A stretch of DNA of 64,000 nt, taken from NCBI GenBank assembly GCA_043803205.1, contig JAZDKG010000192.1, positions 3,038 to 67,037 on the forward strand, written 5' to 3'. The translations under genes and the position numbers were made by a program. Source of the DNA: Planctomycetota bacterium. Its GTDB lineage: Bacteria; Planctomycetota; DG-23; JAZDKG01. The notes below the pieces were generated by a model. That model was not told where the DNA came from. It saw nothing but the letters and a program-made list of their open reading frames with translations, and made no database searches. Below, piece after piece: positions 28,493 to 38,203 of the stretch (positions are counted from its first letter, which is position 1; each line of letters starts with the position of its first letter).

Positions 28493-31400
28493 ATGGAACT
28501 TTCGAGGCTGGAACTTATCGGTTTCAAGTCGTTCGCGGAAAGGACGGAGTTTGTCTTCGACCGGGGCATCACCGCCCTGGTCGGTCCCAACGGCTGCGGC
28601 AAGTCGAACATCGTCGATGCGATCAAGTGGATCCTGGGCGAGCAGAGCGTCAAGAGCCTGCGCGGCGGAGAGATGGCGGATGTCATCTTCTCGGGCAACG
28701 ACACGCGTCGTCCTCTGGGTTTTGCCGAAGCCTCGCTTACCCTTAGCCGGATCCGCGACACCCTCCCCATGGACGCCGACGAGGTCACGGTCACGCGTCG
28801 CGTCTACCGCAACGGTGAGGGGGAGTACTTCATCAACCGGCAGCCTTCCCGGCTGCGCGACATCCGCGAGCTCTTCATGGACACGGGGATCGGGGTCAAT
28901 GCCTATTCGCTCGTCGAACAGGGCCGCGTGGGGTATCTCCTCCAGGCGAACTCCGCGGAACGGCGCGTGATCTTCGAGGAGGCGGCGGGCATCAGCAAGT
29001 TCAAGGCCCGCAAGAAGGCGGCGGTCGCTCGGATGGAGAAGACCGACCAGCACCTCGTGCGCCTCAAGGACATCATCGAGGAGGTCAATCGGCGTCTCCA
29101 CTCGGTGCGCATCCAGGCGGGGAAGGCGCGGCGCTACACGGAATACAAGGAAGAGCTCAAGCGTCTGCGCGTGAGCCTCTATCAGAACGACTATCGCGAA
29201 GCGAAGGCCCGCAAGGCCCAAGCGGACGCGGACCTCGAGCGCATCTGCGCGCGTCATACGGAGATCGCGTCGCGCCTCGCGGAGCTCCAGACCCGCAGGG
29301 AGGAGGGCGAGCTCAGGATCTCGCAGATCGAAGGCGTCCTGGCGGAAACGCGCGAGGAACGCGGCCGGCTCGACATGGAGCTCCGTTTGGAGGAGCGCGC
29401 CGTCGCCGAGGCCCGCCGTCGGGCGGAGGAGCTCGTCGCGGAGCGCGCAAGAATCGAGGAAAACCTGGCCGAGGCGCTCGCCCGGATGGAGCGGGAAGCC
29501 GGGGAGCTCGAGGCCTTGTGCGGGGAGATCGAATCCGCCCGCGAGGAAGCCCAACGTCGCGCCGAGGAGTCGCGCGCGACCGAGGGGGCGCGCGCGGCGT
29601 TTGTCAACGATCTGGCGGCGGTCGAAGAACGTCTGCGGCAGACGATCGCCGTCGTGGAGGACCTTTTCCGCGAGGAGAGCGGCCTGCGCAACGAGATCGC
29701 CTCCATTAAGGCGAACGCCGCCAATGCGCAGAGCGCGATCGAGCGCATCGTCCTTCGTCTGGAAGAGAGAGATCGAAAGCGCCGTGAAGCGGTGGACCGC
29801 GCCGAGGCCGTTCGCGAGGAGAGCGACCGCCTCGCCCGCGGGATCGAGGAGCACCAGGTCAGGATCCAGGAACTGGGGGAGGAGGAACGGGAGAAAGACG
29901 CATCGGTCGGCGGAGTGCGCGAGGAACTTGCCGCGCTGCGCGCGCGGCGGGTCTCCTGCGAGTCCCGTCGCGAGACGCTCGAGGATCTTCATCGCCGGCG
30001 CGAGGGCGTCAGCGCGGGCGCCCGCGCCGTCCTCGGGGAGCGGGACCGGGGGAGCGCCGAGTTTGCGGGAGTCGTCGGGCTCTTCGGGGATCTGATCCGC
30101 GCCAGCGGCGCGTCCGCGAAGGTGCTCGAGGCCGCCGTGGCGCATGCGGCGGACGCCTTGGTCGTGAATACCTTCCAAGACGCGTATCGGGCGATCGAGT
30201 TTGTCGCGGCCCGCCGGATGGGCCGCATTACCTGCGTGATCCGTGAAGGGGTCTCGGGGCGCGTCGTCCCGGCCTCGTGGAACGGCTTTCGCCCGCTGAT
30301 CGACCTCTTGCCCGAGGAAACGCGTGACGATCCCGCCGTCAGAAGCCTTCTCGGGCGCGCGTGCCTCGTGGAAAACCTGGACGCTGCGCGCGAGGGCGTG
30401 CGACGGCTTCCGGAAGCGGCGTTCGTCACGGAACGGGGGGAAGTTCTGGACGGGGGGGACCGCCTGAGCGGCGGGGATGGGGCCGCTGGTCCGGGGATCA
30501 TCTCGCGTCGCGCGGAACTCGACAGGTTGGGGGAGGAGCTGGCGGGAATCGCCGGGGCGGAGGAGACATTGACTGCGCGGGTCAACGCGCTCTTGGGCGA
30601 GCGCGAGGGACTGGATCGCGAGCGCCGCAGCGAAGCGGACGCCGCCGACGCCTTGCGATGCCGTCATGCGGAGTGTTTCGCTCGGGCCGAGTCGGCGGCC
30701 GGCGAACTCAAGCGGCTGGGGGACGAGGTCCTGGCGGACGAGAGCGAGCTTGGCGAACTTCGGGGGATCGCGACGGAGCTCTGCCGGCGTCTCGCCGAGG
30801 CGGAAGCGGATCTCGCGGCCCGGGAGGAGCGGCGACAAGCGCTCGAGCTCGAGCGCGGACGCGATGTGACGGCGAAGGAGACGCTGCGTGTGCGCCTTGC
30901 CGAGGTGGAGGAGAAGCTCCAGGGCGAAAGGGTCGTGGTCGCGCGGTTCCGCGAGAAGGCGGTGAACCTTGACCGCCAGCGCGCGGATCGTGAGGCGGTG
31001 GCGCAGGAGCGCCATAGTTTCGTGGAGAGCGCGCGCGGCGAAATCGAGCGGTCGTGCGCCCGCGAGAAAGAGCTTCGGTCCGAGGCGGCCGATGCCGCCG
31101 GACGCATCGAGACGCGGCGCGAGTCATGCATTGCCGTGGACAAGCGCCTCGGGGATCTTGAGGCGGAGCGGGGCAACCTCCGCAACACCATGCTTGAGCT
31201 GGAGGACGAGCTCCGCGGGAAGCGCAGCCTCGTCTCGGCGGTCGAGGAAGAGCGGGAGAAGGTCCGTCTGGAGCAGCAGCGATATGAGATCGAGCTCTCG
31301 TCTCTCGTGGAGCGGCTTCGGGAGGAGTACGGACTGGATCTCGATGACGTGTCGAGGGCGCTCGAGGTCGGCGAGACGCCCGACTGGGACGCCGTGCGCG

Positions 31401-32194
31401 CCCAGATCGAGGAACTGCGCCGGAAGATCGACAACATGGGCGCCGTCAACATGGAAGCCCTGAACGAGCTTGCGGGGCTCGAGGAACGCAGCACCCTCTT
31501 GGAGGGCCAGCGGGCCGACGTCCAGAAGGCGCGCGCGGACCTCGAGGAGCTGATCCGCCGCATTGAGAAGGTGAGCGAGGAGCGTTTCCGGACCACCTTC
31601 GCCCGCGTCCGCGAGAACTTCCAGGAGTTTTTCCGGAAGCTCTTTGGAGGCGGCCGGGCCGACGTCTTCCTCGAGGATGAGACCAACGTCCTCGACTGCG
31701 GCATCGAGATCATGGCGAAGCCCCCCGGGAAAGAGCCTCGGGCCGTGTCGCTCCTGTCGGGCGGCGAGAAGGCGCTGACGACGATCGCGCTCCTGTTTGC
31801 GATCCTGCGCTCCAAGCCCAGCCCCTTCGTGATCCTGGACGAGGTCGATGCCCCGCTCGACGAGACGAACGTCGAGCGTTTCGTCAATCTCGTCAAGGAC
31901 TTTCTCCAACGTTCGCAGTTCATCATCATCACGCACTCGAAGCGGACGATGAGCATGGCGAACTGTCTCTACGGGGTCACCATGGAGGAGAAGGGGGTCT
32001 CCCGCAAGGTCGAGGTCCAGCTTGAGAAGTACACCCCGCCCGCCGATGAGCCGCCCCCGCCGGTCGCCGAGGAGGACGAGGAGCTCGAGGAAGCCCCCAT
32101 CGAGCGTGACATCCTCGTTGATGCGAGCGCCTCCGACGACGAGGACCCGGTCGGCGAGCCGACGGGCGCCGTCGAGACCCCCTGGACGGTCTAG
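28493..32194 (+). CDS. smc: Chromosome segregation protein SMC
   Basis: GFKSF, VGPNGCGKSN, Q-loop EQG, coiled coils with hinge, LSGGEKA, LDEVDAPLD, IITH. Confidence 0.97.
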   Translation: MELSRLELIGFKSFAERTEFVFDRGITALVGPNGCGKSNIVDAIKWILGEQSVKSLRGGEMADVIFSGNDTRRPLGFAEASLTLSRIRDTLPMDADEVTVTRRVYRNGEGEYFINRQPSRLRDIRELFMDTGIGVNAYSLVEQGRVGYLLQANSAERRVIFEEAAGISKFKARKKAAVARMEKTDQHLVRLKDIIEEVNRRLHSVRIQAGKARRYTEYKEELKRLRVSLYQNDYREAKARKAQADADLERICARHTEIASRLAELQTRREEGELRISQIEGVLAETREERGRLDMELRLEERAVAEARRRAEELVAERARIEENLAEALARMEREAGELEALCGEIESAREEAQRRAEESRATEGARAAFVNDLAAVEERLRQTIAVVEDLFREESGLRNEIASIKANAANAQSAIERIVLRLEERDRKRREAVDRAEAVREESDRLARGIEEHQVRIQELGEEEREKDASVGGVREELAALRARRVSCESRRETLEDLHRRREGVSAGARAVLGERDRGSAEFAGVVGLFGDLIRASGASAKVLEAAVAHAADALVVNTFQDAYRAIEFVAARRMGRITCVIREGVSGRVVPASWNGFRPLIDLLPEETRDDPAVRSLLGRACLVENLDAAREGVRRLPEAAFVTERGEVLDGGDRLSGGDGAAGPGIISRRAELDRLGEELAGIAGAEETLTARVNALLGEREGLDRERRSEADAADALRCRHAECFARAESAAGELKRLGDEVLADESELGELRGIATELCRRLAEAEADLAAREERRQALELERGRDVTAKETLRVRLAEVEEKLQGERVVVARFREKAVNLDRQRADREAVAQERHSFVESARGEIERSCAREKELRSEAADAAGRIETRRESCIAVDKRLGDLEAERGNLRNTMLELEDELRGKRSLVSAVEEEREKVRLEQQRYEIELSSLVERLREEYGLDLDDVSRALEVGETPDWDAVRAQIEELRRKIDNMGAVNMEALNELAGLEERSTLLEGQRADVQKARADLEELIRRIEKVSEERFRTTFARVRENFQEFFRKLFGGGRADVFLEDETNVLDCGIEIMAKPPGKEPRAVSLLSGGEKALTTIALLFAILRSKPSPFVILDEVDAPLDETNVERFVNLVKDFLQRSQFIIITHSKRTMSMANCLYGVTMEEKGVSRKVEVQLEKYTPPADEPPPPVAEEDEELEEAPIERDILVDASASDDEDPVGEPTGAVETPWTV

Positions 32195-32238
32195 GACTCC
32201 GGAGAGATTCGGCGCTCTACACGCGGGAACTGTTGATC

Positions 32239-33129
32239 ATGTCCGCACGACTTCTAACCCTCCTGCAAGCGCGCGGTCTTCTCGTGAGCGACGGCGCCAT
32301 GGGCACCGAGCTCATGCGCATGGGACTGCCTGCGGGGGAATGCCCGGAGGAATGGAACCTATCCCATGCGTCGGAGGTCCAGCGGATAGCCCGGAGCTAC
32401 CGGGAGGCAGGGAGCGACGTGGTGCTAACCAACACGTTCGGTGCGTCGCGGTACAAGCTCGCCAAGTTCAATCTCGCCTCGGAGCTGGAGGAGTTGGTCC
32501 GCCTGGGCGTACGTCTAGCGCGCCGGGGCGTTGGGCCCGAGGGGCTCGTGGCGCTCAGCGTCGGACCCACGGGTGAGATGGTCGAGCCGTACGGAGCGGT
32601 CTCCCGGACCGCGATGCGGGAGGCGTTCGCCGAAGTGGTGCGCTCTGCCTTGCCCGAGGGTCCGGACGCGGTATGTATCGAAAGCATGTTCTCCTTGGAC
32701 GAGGCCGTTCTGGCACTCGAGGCTGCCAGGGAGGCGGGCGTCTGCGTGATCGCGACGATGACCTTTCAGAAGGGATCGGCGGGCTACCGCACGATGATGG
32801 GGGAAGAGCCGGCGCGTGTCGCGCGGGAGCTATCGCGCGCCGGGGCGGATGTTGTGGGGACCAACTGCGGGCTCGGGATCGACGACATCATCCAGATCGT
32901 GAGGGAAATGCGCCCCGCCACAAAGCTTCCCATCCTCGTCCATGTGAACGCGGGGATGCCCGTCCTGCGAGAGGGGCGTTCGATCTATCCGGATACGCCC
33001 GAGGAGATGGCGGCAAAGGCACCGGCGCTCTACGAGGCGGGCGCGCGCATCATCGGGGGATGTTGCGGCACGACCCCCGGGCACATCCGCGCGATCGCCG
33101 AGGCGCTCGCCGTCTTCCGAAAGGCATAG
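32239..33129 (+). CDS. Stand-alone homocysteine S-methyltransferase domain protein
   Basis: DGAMGTEL, TNTFGA, SVGPTG, GTNC, NAGMP, IGGCCGTTP.HI. Confidence 0.92.
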   Translation: MSARLLTLLQARGLLVSDGAMGTELMRMGLPAGECPEEWNLSHASEVQRIARSYREAGSDVVLTNTFGASRYKLAKFNLASELEELVRLGVRLARRGVGPEGLVALSVGPTGEMVEPYGAVSRTAMREAFAEVVRSALPEGPDAVCIESMFSLDEAVLALEAAREAGVCVIATMTFQKGSAGYRTMMGEEPARVARELSRAGADVVGTNCGLGIDDIIQIVREMRPATKLPILVHVNAGMPVLREGRSIYPDTPEEMAAKAPALYEAGARIIGGCCGTTPGHIRAIAEALAVFRKA

Positions 33130-33148
33130 TTCTCGGGTGGATTGATAC

Positions 33149-34258
33149 ATGACAGAGAAGAAGAAAGTCGTTCGGTTGGGGATCCTCACGGGAGGGGGCG
33201 ATTGTCCGGGCCTCAACGCCGTGCTGCGCGCCGCCGCCAAGACCGCGCTCGTTCGGCATTCGCTCGAGGTCGTGGGATTCTTCGACGGCTACGAGGGATT
33301 GATCCACGACCGCGCCCGAAAGCTCGACTACGAGAGCGTTTCGGGGATACTCACCGTCGGCGGCACGATCCTCGGGACCTCCAATCGCGCCAACCCGTTC
33401 GCTTATCCCGCAGGGCGCGGCAGGAACGCGCGCTTCGAGGACGTCTCCGAACGCGTGGCGGAGACCTACAGGCGACGGGAACTGGACGGCGTCGTGATCG
33501 TCGGCGGGGACGGGACCCTTTCGATCGCGGCGCAGCTCGCCGAGAGGTGGGGGATCAACGTTGTGGGCATCCCCAAAACGATCGACAATGACCTGCCGGG
33601 CACGGATTACACGGTGGGGTTCTTCACCGCCGTCGACACGGCCGCCGAGGCGATCGACAAGATCCACGACACCGCCCAGAGCCACCACCGCGTGATGATC
33701 GTCGAGGTCATGGGCAGAAACGCTGGCTGGCTCGCGCTGTATGCCGGCCTCGCCTCGGGCGGGGACGTCATCCTGATCCCCGAGATCCCGTACGATGTCG
33801 AGTGCATTGCCGAGCGCGTCCGCTGGCGGAGCCGCCGAGGCAAGCGGTTCACGATCATCGTCGTGGCCGAGGGCGCCAGAGCCCGCGGAGAGGACATGGT
33901 CGTGCTCGAGCGCGTCCGGGACAAGTCCGAGTCGCGGCGGCTCGGGGGGATCGGGTATGTGCTCGAGGAACAGCTCAAGAAGGTCGTGGACGTCGAGATC
34001 CGCACTACGATCCTGGGACACGTGCAGAGGGGCGGCTCGCCGTGCACGTTCGATCGCGTCCTTGCCACTTGCTTCGGGAAGCTCGCCGGCGATCTCGCCG
34101 CCGCCGGCCGCTTCGGCTTCGTCACGGTCGTGAAGGGGCGGGACATCCTTCCCCTTCCGCTTCGGGAGGCGACGGGACGACAGCGTCTCGTCGAGCCGGA
34201 CGACCCATTGATCGCGGCGGTCCTGTCCACCGGGGGCTCGATGGGCGTGGAGGAATGA
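33149..34258 (+). CDS. pfkA: 6-phosphofructokinase (group III type, GGDG/PKTIDND)
   Basis: TGGGDCPGLNAV, GGTILGT, GGDGT, PKTIDND, EVMGR, LGHVQRGG. Confidence 0.93.
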   Translation: MTEKKKVVRLGILTGGGDCPGLNAVLRAAAKTALVRHSLEVVGFFDGYEGLIHDRARKLDYESVSGILTVGGTILGTSNRANPFAYPAGRGRNARFEDVSERVAETYRRRELDGVVIVGGDGTLSIAAQLAERWGINVVGIPKTIDNDLPGTDYTVGFFTAVDTAAEAIDKIHDTAQSHHRVMIVEVMGRNAGWLALYAGLASGGDVILIPEIPYDVECIAERVRWRSRRGKRFTIIVVAEGARARGEDMVVLERVRDKSESRRLGGIGYVLEEQLKKVVDVEIRTTILGHVQRGGSPCTFDRVLATCFGKLAGDLAAAGRFGFVTVVKGRDILPLPLREATGRQRLVEPDDPLIAAVLSTGGSMGVEE

Positions 34259-34280
34259 CGGACCGCGCCCTTTGGCGCTC

Positions 34281-36011
34281 TCAGAGTTCGAGAAGCGTTC
34301 GGCGGGCGGCCGCCACCTCGGCGTCCCTCAGCGCGTAAAGCCTGTCGGGTGCGATCTTCCTCGCCGGATGGATGTCCTTCGGGGAGCGTGCCTTGATGAC
34401 CCGGCGCATCGCCTTCTTTACGGCCTCCTTACGTCCCTCCCTCTCTGCCAGGCGCAGGAGCTCGTAGTCCTGGATTCCGGCGCGCAACGCTTCAAGGCGA
34501 ACCGTCGGCACCGGCCCCCCGTGCGCCCCGGGATACACGAAAAACATGTCCCCCGCCGTCCAGTTCCAGCGAGGCCTGCGCCAGGGGTCCGATGGGAAGC
34601 AACAGTACGCCCAGCGCAGGAAGCCGTCGAACCCGAAGTACCTCGTGAGCCAAGGGATGAGGCGCGTCTCCGCGAGCGGTGAGCGGAGAAAAGTGTTGGG
34701 GCGCTCGGGCGAGCAGCACACGTACCAGAAGTACCTCCCGCCGAGCCGTTTGACGCGCTGGCGCAGCTTTGCCGCCAGCGTCTCCTCCGCCAAGGCGCAG
34801 TCGATGAAGGGCACCCAGTCCTTCACGTCCTTCAGGAACTCCTCCATGAAGTGCAAATGGCCCGCCGGGACGCGCACCTGGATCCGGGGCTCGATGCGCT
34901 TCAGGACCGCGAGGCTCTTGCGGAACAGCTCGACCTGTGAGGGCTCGTCGGCCGCGACGAAGCTCCTCCCCAAGAGCTTTCTCCCCGCGAGGTGCCCGAA
35001 GAGGACCCGCAGGTACGCCTCGTAGTCGCTCATTGTCGTGATATACCGGAACGTCCCGCTCCCCTCATCGTAGAGCCGGACCCGGACGTTGTCGGCGGAC
35101 TCCTCGATGGGATGTCCGAAGTCTTTCCCCCAGACGCCGAGGAGTCCGAAGAGCTCGAGCTCCGGCCCAACGCCGCAGCGCTGCGCGGCGGCGATGTAGC
35201 GATGCATCCGGGAGAAGTCGCACGCGATTCGGCCGGCGGGCGTCCTTCGGGCCGCTACGATGCTGTGCTCATAGACGCTCGAAGGATAGTCCACCTCTCG
35301 CTGGCCGTTCTGCCCGCTCCAGGGAACGTCGCTCACGACGAGCGTGATCATCTTCTGCCCCAATGCGCCGAGGGGCGCAAGGTACGCATCGAGGAGACGG
35401 AAGTGCTCGTCCGACCACAACGCGACGCCGTGGTGCCGCGCCACGCTCGTCGGGTGCTGCCAGAGGTCGAGGTGGAAGCTGTATCGGTCCGGAGATGGAA
35501 GCTTCGTGCGCGCCGCCCAAAGCCGCAGCTTGACTTCTCCGACTTTCTCCTCGTCCTGGAAGCGCCGCTGGAGGTGGAAGGAAATGGTGCTCGTGTAGTC
35601 TCCGGGCGTCGCCTCGGCGGGCACGAAAACGCTCACCCAGATGGGACAGATCTCTCCTCGCTGCGTGACAGTGTGCTCCGCTTGCAGGAGGGGGTCCGCC
35701 GTGAGTGTCCCGGAGTCGTCTGGGACGAGGCCCTGAAAGGAAAGCGTGGGCGTCATTGATGCGCGCGCACGTCCCTTGACGGGCGTAAAGTTCGACGCCT
35801 CGACGCGCAGGCGCGGCGCCTGTGCGGACCAGTCGAGATGGGGCTCGCCGGTGAGCGTTACCACCGCGCGCTCCGGCGGCGAGATGAACACCTGCGCGCT
35901 TGCCCATTCATTGCGCGCGGCCGCGATCCGCGCGTGCTTGCGTTCGCCTCCCGGGATCTGGCCGGCCCGGTACTTGTCGAGTTCCGCCGTGATCGAGATG
36001 CCCCATCCCAT
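34281..36011 (-). CDS. DUF4091/GH123-like glycoside hydrolase
   Basis: RNEWASAQV, FHLDLWQHP, WSDEHF, ADEP, WYVCC..PNTF, GFLRWAY, GDMFFVYP, RLEALRAGIQDYE. Confidence 0.8.
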   Translation of the reverse strand: MGWGISITAELDKYRAGQIPGGERKHARIAAARNEWASAQVFISPPERAVVTLTGEPHLDWSAQAPRLRVEASNFTPVKGRARASMTPTLSFQGLVPDDSGTLTADPLLQAEHTVTQRGEICPIWVSVFVPAEATPGDYTSTISFHLQRRFQDEEKVGEVKLRLWAARTKLPSPDRYSFHLDLWQHPTSVARHHGVALWSDEHFRLLDAYLAPLGALGQKMITLVVSDVPWSGQNGQREVDYPSSVYEHSIVAARRTPAGRIACDFSRMHRYIAAAQRCGVGPELELFGLLGVWGKDFGHPIEESADNVRVRLYDEGSGTFRYITTMSDYEAYLRVLFGHLAGRKLLGRSFVAADEPSQVELFRKSLAVLKRIEPRIQVRVPAGHLHFMEEFLKDVKDWVPFIDCALAEETLAAKLRQRVKRLGGRYFWYVCCSPERPNTFLRSPLAETRLIPWLTRYFGFDGFLRWAYCCFPSDPWRRPRWNWTAGDMFFVYPGAHGGPVPTVRLEALRAGIQDYELLRLAEREGRKEAVKKAMRRVIKARSPKDIHPARKIAPDRLYALRDAEVAAARRTLLEL

Positions 36012-36121
36012 CGTCCGCTCCTTGTACATGATGGATCGCCCGCGTCGCCCGCGAGCGGCGAAGGGCATGGTACAGCGTCCGAACGAGAGCGCAAGCCGGG
36101 ACCGCGTCCGGCGCACGGCGG

Positions 36122-36574
36122 TTACTTGACGTCGATCTTGATCTTCTTGGGCTTGGCGTCTTCCCGCTTGGGGATCTCCACCGTGAGCACCCCGTCCTTC
36201 GAGGAGGCCTTCACCTTGTCGCTCTGCACGCTCGAGGGCAGATGGATGCTTCGGCTGAACGAGCCGTACCGCCGCTCGATCCGGTGATAGCTCTTCCCCT
36301 TTTCTTCCTTCTCTTCGTTTTTCTCGCCGTGGATCGTCAGCACGTCACCCTCAACCGTCACCTCGATCTCCGCGGGCGTGACCCCCGGAAGCTCCGCCGT
36401 GACGGTGACGGCGTCGTCGGTCTCCGCGACGTTGATGGTGGGTGTGAGCTGTCCCTCCCTCCAACCGGAGAGGTCCAACGCCCTCCAGAAATCTCCGAAA
36501 GGCGAGCTCCAGAGCTCCGGAAAGAGCCATCCCCTTTCCTCGTCGCTTGTTCTGCGTTTCGGCAGCAGTGCCAT
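36122..36574 (-). CDS. Hsp20/alpha-crystallin small heat shock protein
   Basis: AELPG, ERRYGSFSR, DGVLTVEIPK, IKI C-terminal motif. Confidence 0.95.
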   Translation of the reverse strand: MALLPKRRTSDEERGWLFPELWSSPFGDFWRALDLSGWREGQLTPTINVAETDDAVTVTAELPGVTPAEIEVTVEGDVLTIHGEKNEEKEEKGKSYHRIERRYGSFSRSIHLPSSVQSDKVKASSKDGVLTVEIPKREDAKPKKIKIDVK

Positions 36575-36596
36575 GACTCCTCACCTCCCTTCGCTT

Positions 36597-36986
36597 CTAC
36601 TCTGAACTCTCTACCGTGATCTTCTTGACCTTTGCTTTCTCCTGTTTGGCAAGTCGGACCGTGAGGACTCCGTCCTTCATGCTTGCGGCGATCCGGCCCG
36701 GGTCGATGTCCGGGAGGATTCGGAAGCGTCTCTCGAAATCACCCGCATGGAATTCGACGTGCTCCGGCTCCGGGTCGACATCTTGCCGGGTGCGTCCCCG
36801 CAGGAGGAGGACCCCTTCTTCCACGGTGACTTCCGCTCCGTCACGGGCCACGCCCGGCATCTCCGCCGTGAGCACGTATTCGTCCGTCTGCTCCTCAATA
36901 TCCACAGCCGGAACGCGCAAGGGCCTCGAGGCCTCGCCAGAATCTTCGTGCCGGGTGACCGCCACCTCTTCGACCTTCTTGGCCAT
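36597..36986 (-). CDS. Hsp20/alpha-crystallin small heat shock protein
   Basis: PAVDI, AEMPGV, FERRF, DGVLTVRL, ITV. Confidence 0.93.
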   Translation of the reverse strand: MAKKVEEVAVTRHEDSGEASRPLRVPAVDIEEQTDEYVLTAEMPGVARDGAEVTVEEGVLLLRGRTRQDVDPEPEHVEFHAGDFERRFRILPDIDPGRIAASMKDGVLTVRLAKQEKAKVKKITVESSE

Positions 36987-37004
36987 GGGGCACCTCCCTT
37001 CCTG

Positions 37005-37433
37005 TTATCCTTTCGACTCGATGGTGATCTTGCGCTTCCGGGCCACCATCGATTTGGGCAGCGTGATCACGAGAAGCCCGTCCGACAGCGTCGCCTTCAA
37101 CGCGTCGCGGTCGATGTGTCCGGGCAGGTGCACGCTCCGACTGAACGGACCGGTCCGGCGCTCTCGATGGCCGTAGCTCCCTTTCTGGATTTCCTTGACG
37201 CCCTTGAGCACGAGGATGTCTCCCGTGACGGTGATGTCCACGTCCTTGCCGGCAACGCCTGGGAGTTCCGCGGTGATGCGAACGGCGTCATCCGTCTCGG
37301 TGATGTTGAGGGGCGGATACTCTCCGAGCTGAAGCGCTCCGGCTAGTCGAGTGAAAGGTTCGTGGAGGAGGTGCGCCATCTCGCGCTGCACTTGAAGCAG
37401 GTCTTCCCACGGGTCAAATCGTATCAGCGCCAT
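37005..37433 (-). CDS. Hsp20/alpha-crystallin small heat shock protein
   Basis: YPPLNI, AELPGV, ERRTGPFSR, DGLLVITLPK, ITI. RBS AAGGAGG. Confidence 0.93.
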   Translation of the reverse strand: MALIRFDPWEDLLQVQREMAHLLHEPFTRLAGALQLGEYPPLNITETDDAVRITAELPGVAGKDVDITVTGDILVLKGVKEIQKGSYGHRERRTGPFSRSVHLPGHIDRDALKATLSDGLLVITLPKSMVARKRKITIESKG

Positions 37434-37487
37434 TTCAGCACCTCCTTTCAATGTCCCGAATGCTCACAGAGGCCAACCAACGAAATC

Positions 37488-37502
37488 GCAAATGCCGTAC
37501 CA
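37488..37502 (-). promoter_or_regulatory. Sigma54 (-24/-12) promoter of the Hsp20 operon
   Basis: Minus strand TGGTAC-GGCAT-TTGC matches TGGCAC-N5-TTGC. Confidence 0.75.
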
Positions 37503-37576
37503 TGACCGCGGCCCAGCGTAGCTCATTGCGCCACAAGGGATTGCGAAAAGGACAGCAATTCCGGCGAACCGGCGCG

Positions 37577-37612
37577 ACTGCCAAAAAGGCAGTTACGTGG
37601 GCATATTGTCAC
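37577..37612. promoter_or_regulatory. Putative enhancer (UAS) palindromes for a sigma54 activator
   Basis: ACTGCC-AAAAA-GGCAGT (37577-37593) and imperfect GTGGGCATATTGTCAC (37597-37612), about 75-110 bp upstream of the -24 element. Confidence 0.55.
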
Positions 37613-37668
37613 TTAACTCATTGGTATTTCAGGAGTTAGTTCTTTTGCCTCCCGGGGGGCATGCGGAT

Positions 37669-38193
37669 TCAGGGTTTGCGCCTCTTGCCGCCAGGTCTCG
37701 GCCTTTTCCGCGGTCTTTCAGGCGTTTTCCCTTGCTCCCCCAGGTTCAAAGTGACCGCTTCTTCATCGCAGCCCGGAAACTGCGGGCAGTGGATGCACTC
37801 CGACCAGATCTTGTGCGGGAGGCTTTCCTTAGCGATCCGCTGGAAGCCCCGATGCACGAAGAACTGCGGCTGGTACGTGAGGCTGAATACTCTTTTCAGT
37901 CCCACCTTCGTCGCCTCGTCGAGAAGCGCCCGCACGATCGCCGTTCCAATCCCCTGCTTCTGGAACTCGGGCGCGATCGCTAGGCACTTGACCTCCCCGA
38001 GGTCGTCCCACACGATGTGCAGCGCCCCGCACCCGATGAGCTTCTCCCCGTCCTCCGCCACGACGAAGTCCCGCATGTTCTCATAGAGCTCCCCGAGAGA
38101 GCGCGGGAGCATGAGTTTGCGGTTGGCGAATTCGTTGATGAGACGGTGCATCTGGGGCACGTCGGTGAGCTTCGCCTTGCGGATGGCGGTCAA
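37669..38193 (-). CDS. GNAT N-acetyltransferase, short ArgA-like amino-acid acetyltransferase
   Basis: MLPRSLGELYENMRDF, WDDLGEVKCLA, QKQGIG, LPHKIWSECIHCP.FP.CDE. Confidence 0.85.
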   Translation of the reverse strand: MTAIRKAKLTDVPQMHRLINEFANRKLMLPRSLGELYENMRDFVVAEDGEKLIGCGALHIVWDDLGEVKCLAIAPEFQKQGIGTAIVRALLDEATKVGLKRVFSLTYQPQFFVHRGFQRIAKESLPHKIWSECIHCPQFPGCDEEAVTLNLGEQGKTPERPRKRPRPGGKRRKP

Positions 38194-38203
38194 GGGGGTC
38201 CTC

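Noticed and set aside
23049-31956. Long antisense ORFs (e.g. 23049..24968, 28406..31015, 30664..31956) and similar shadows across the window
   Set aside because: They lie opposite well-supported genes and are expected in high-GC DNA; no recognisable motifs.
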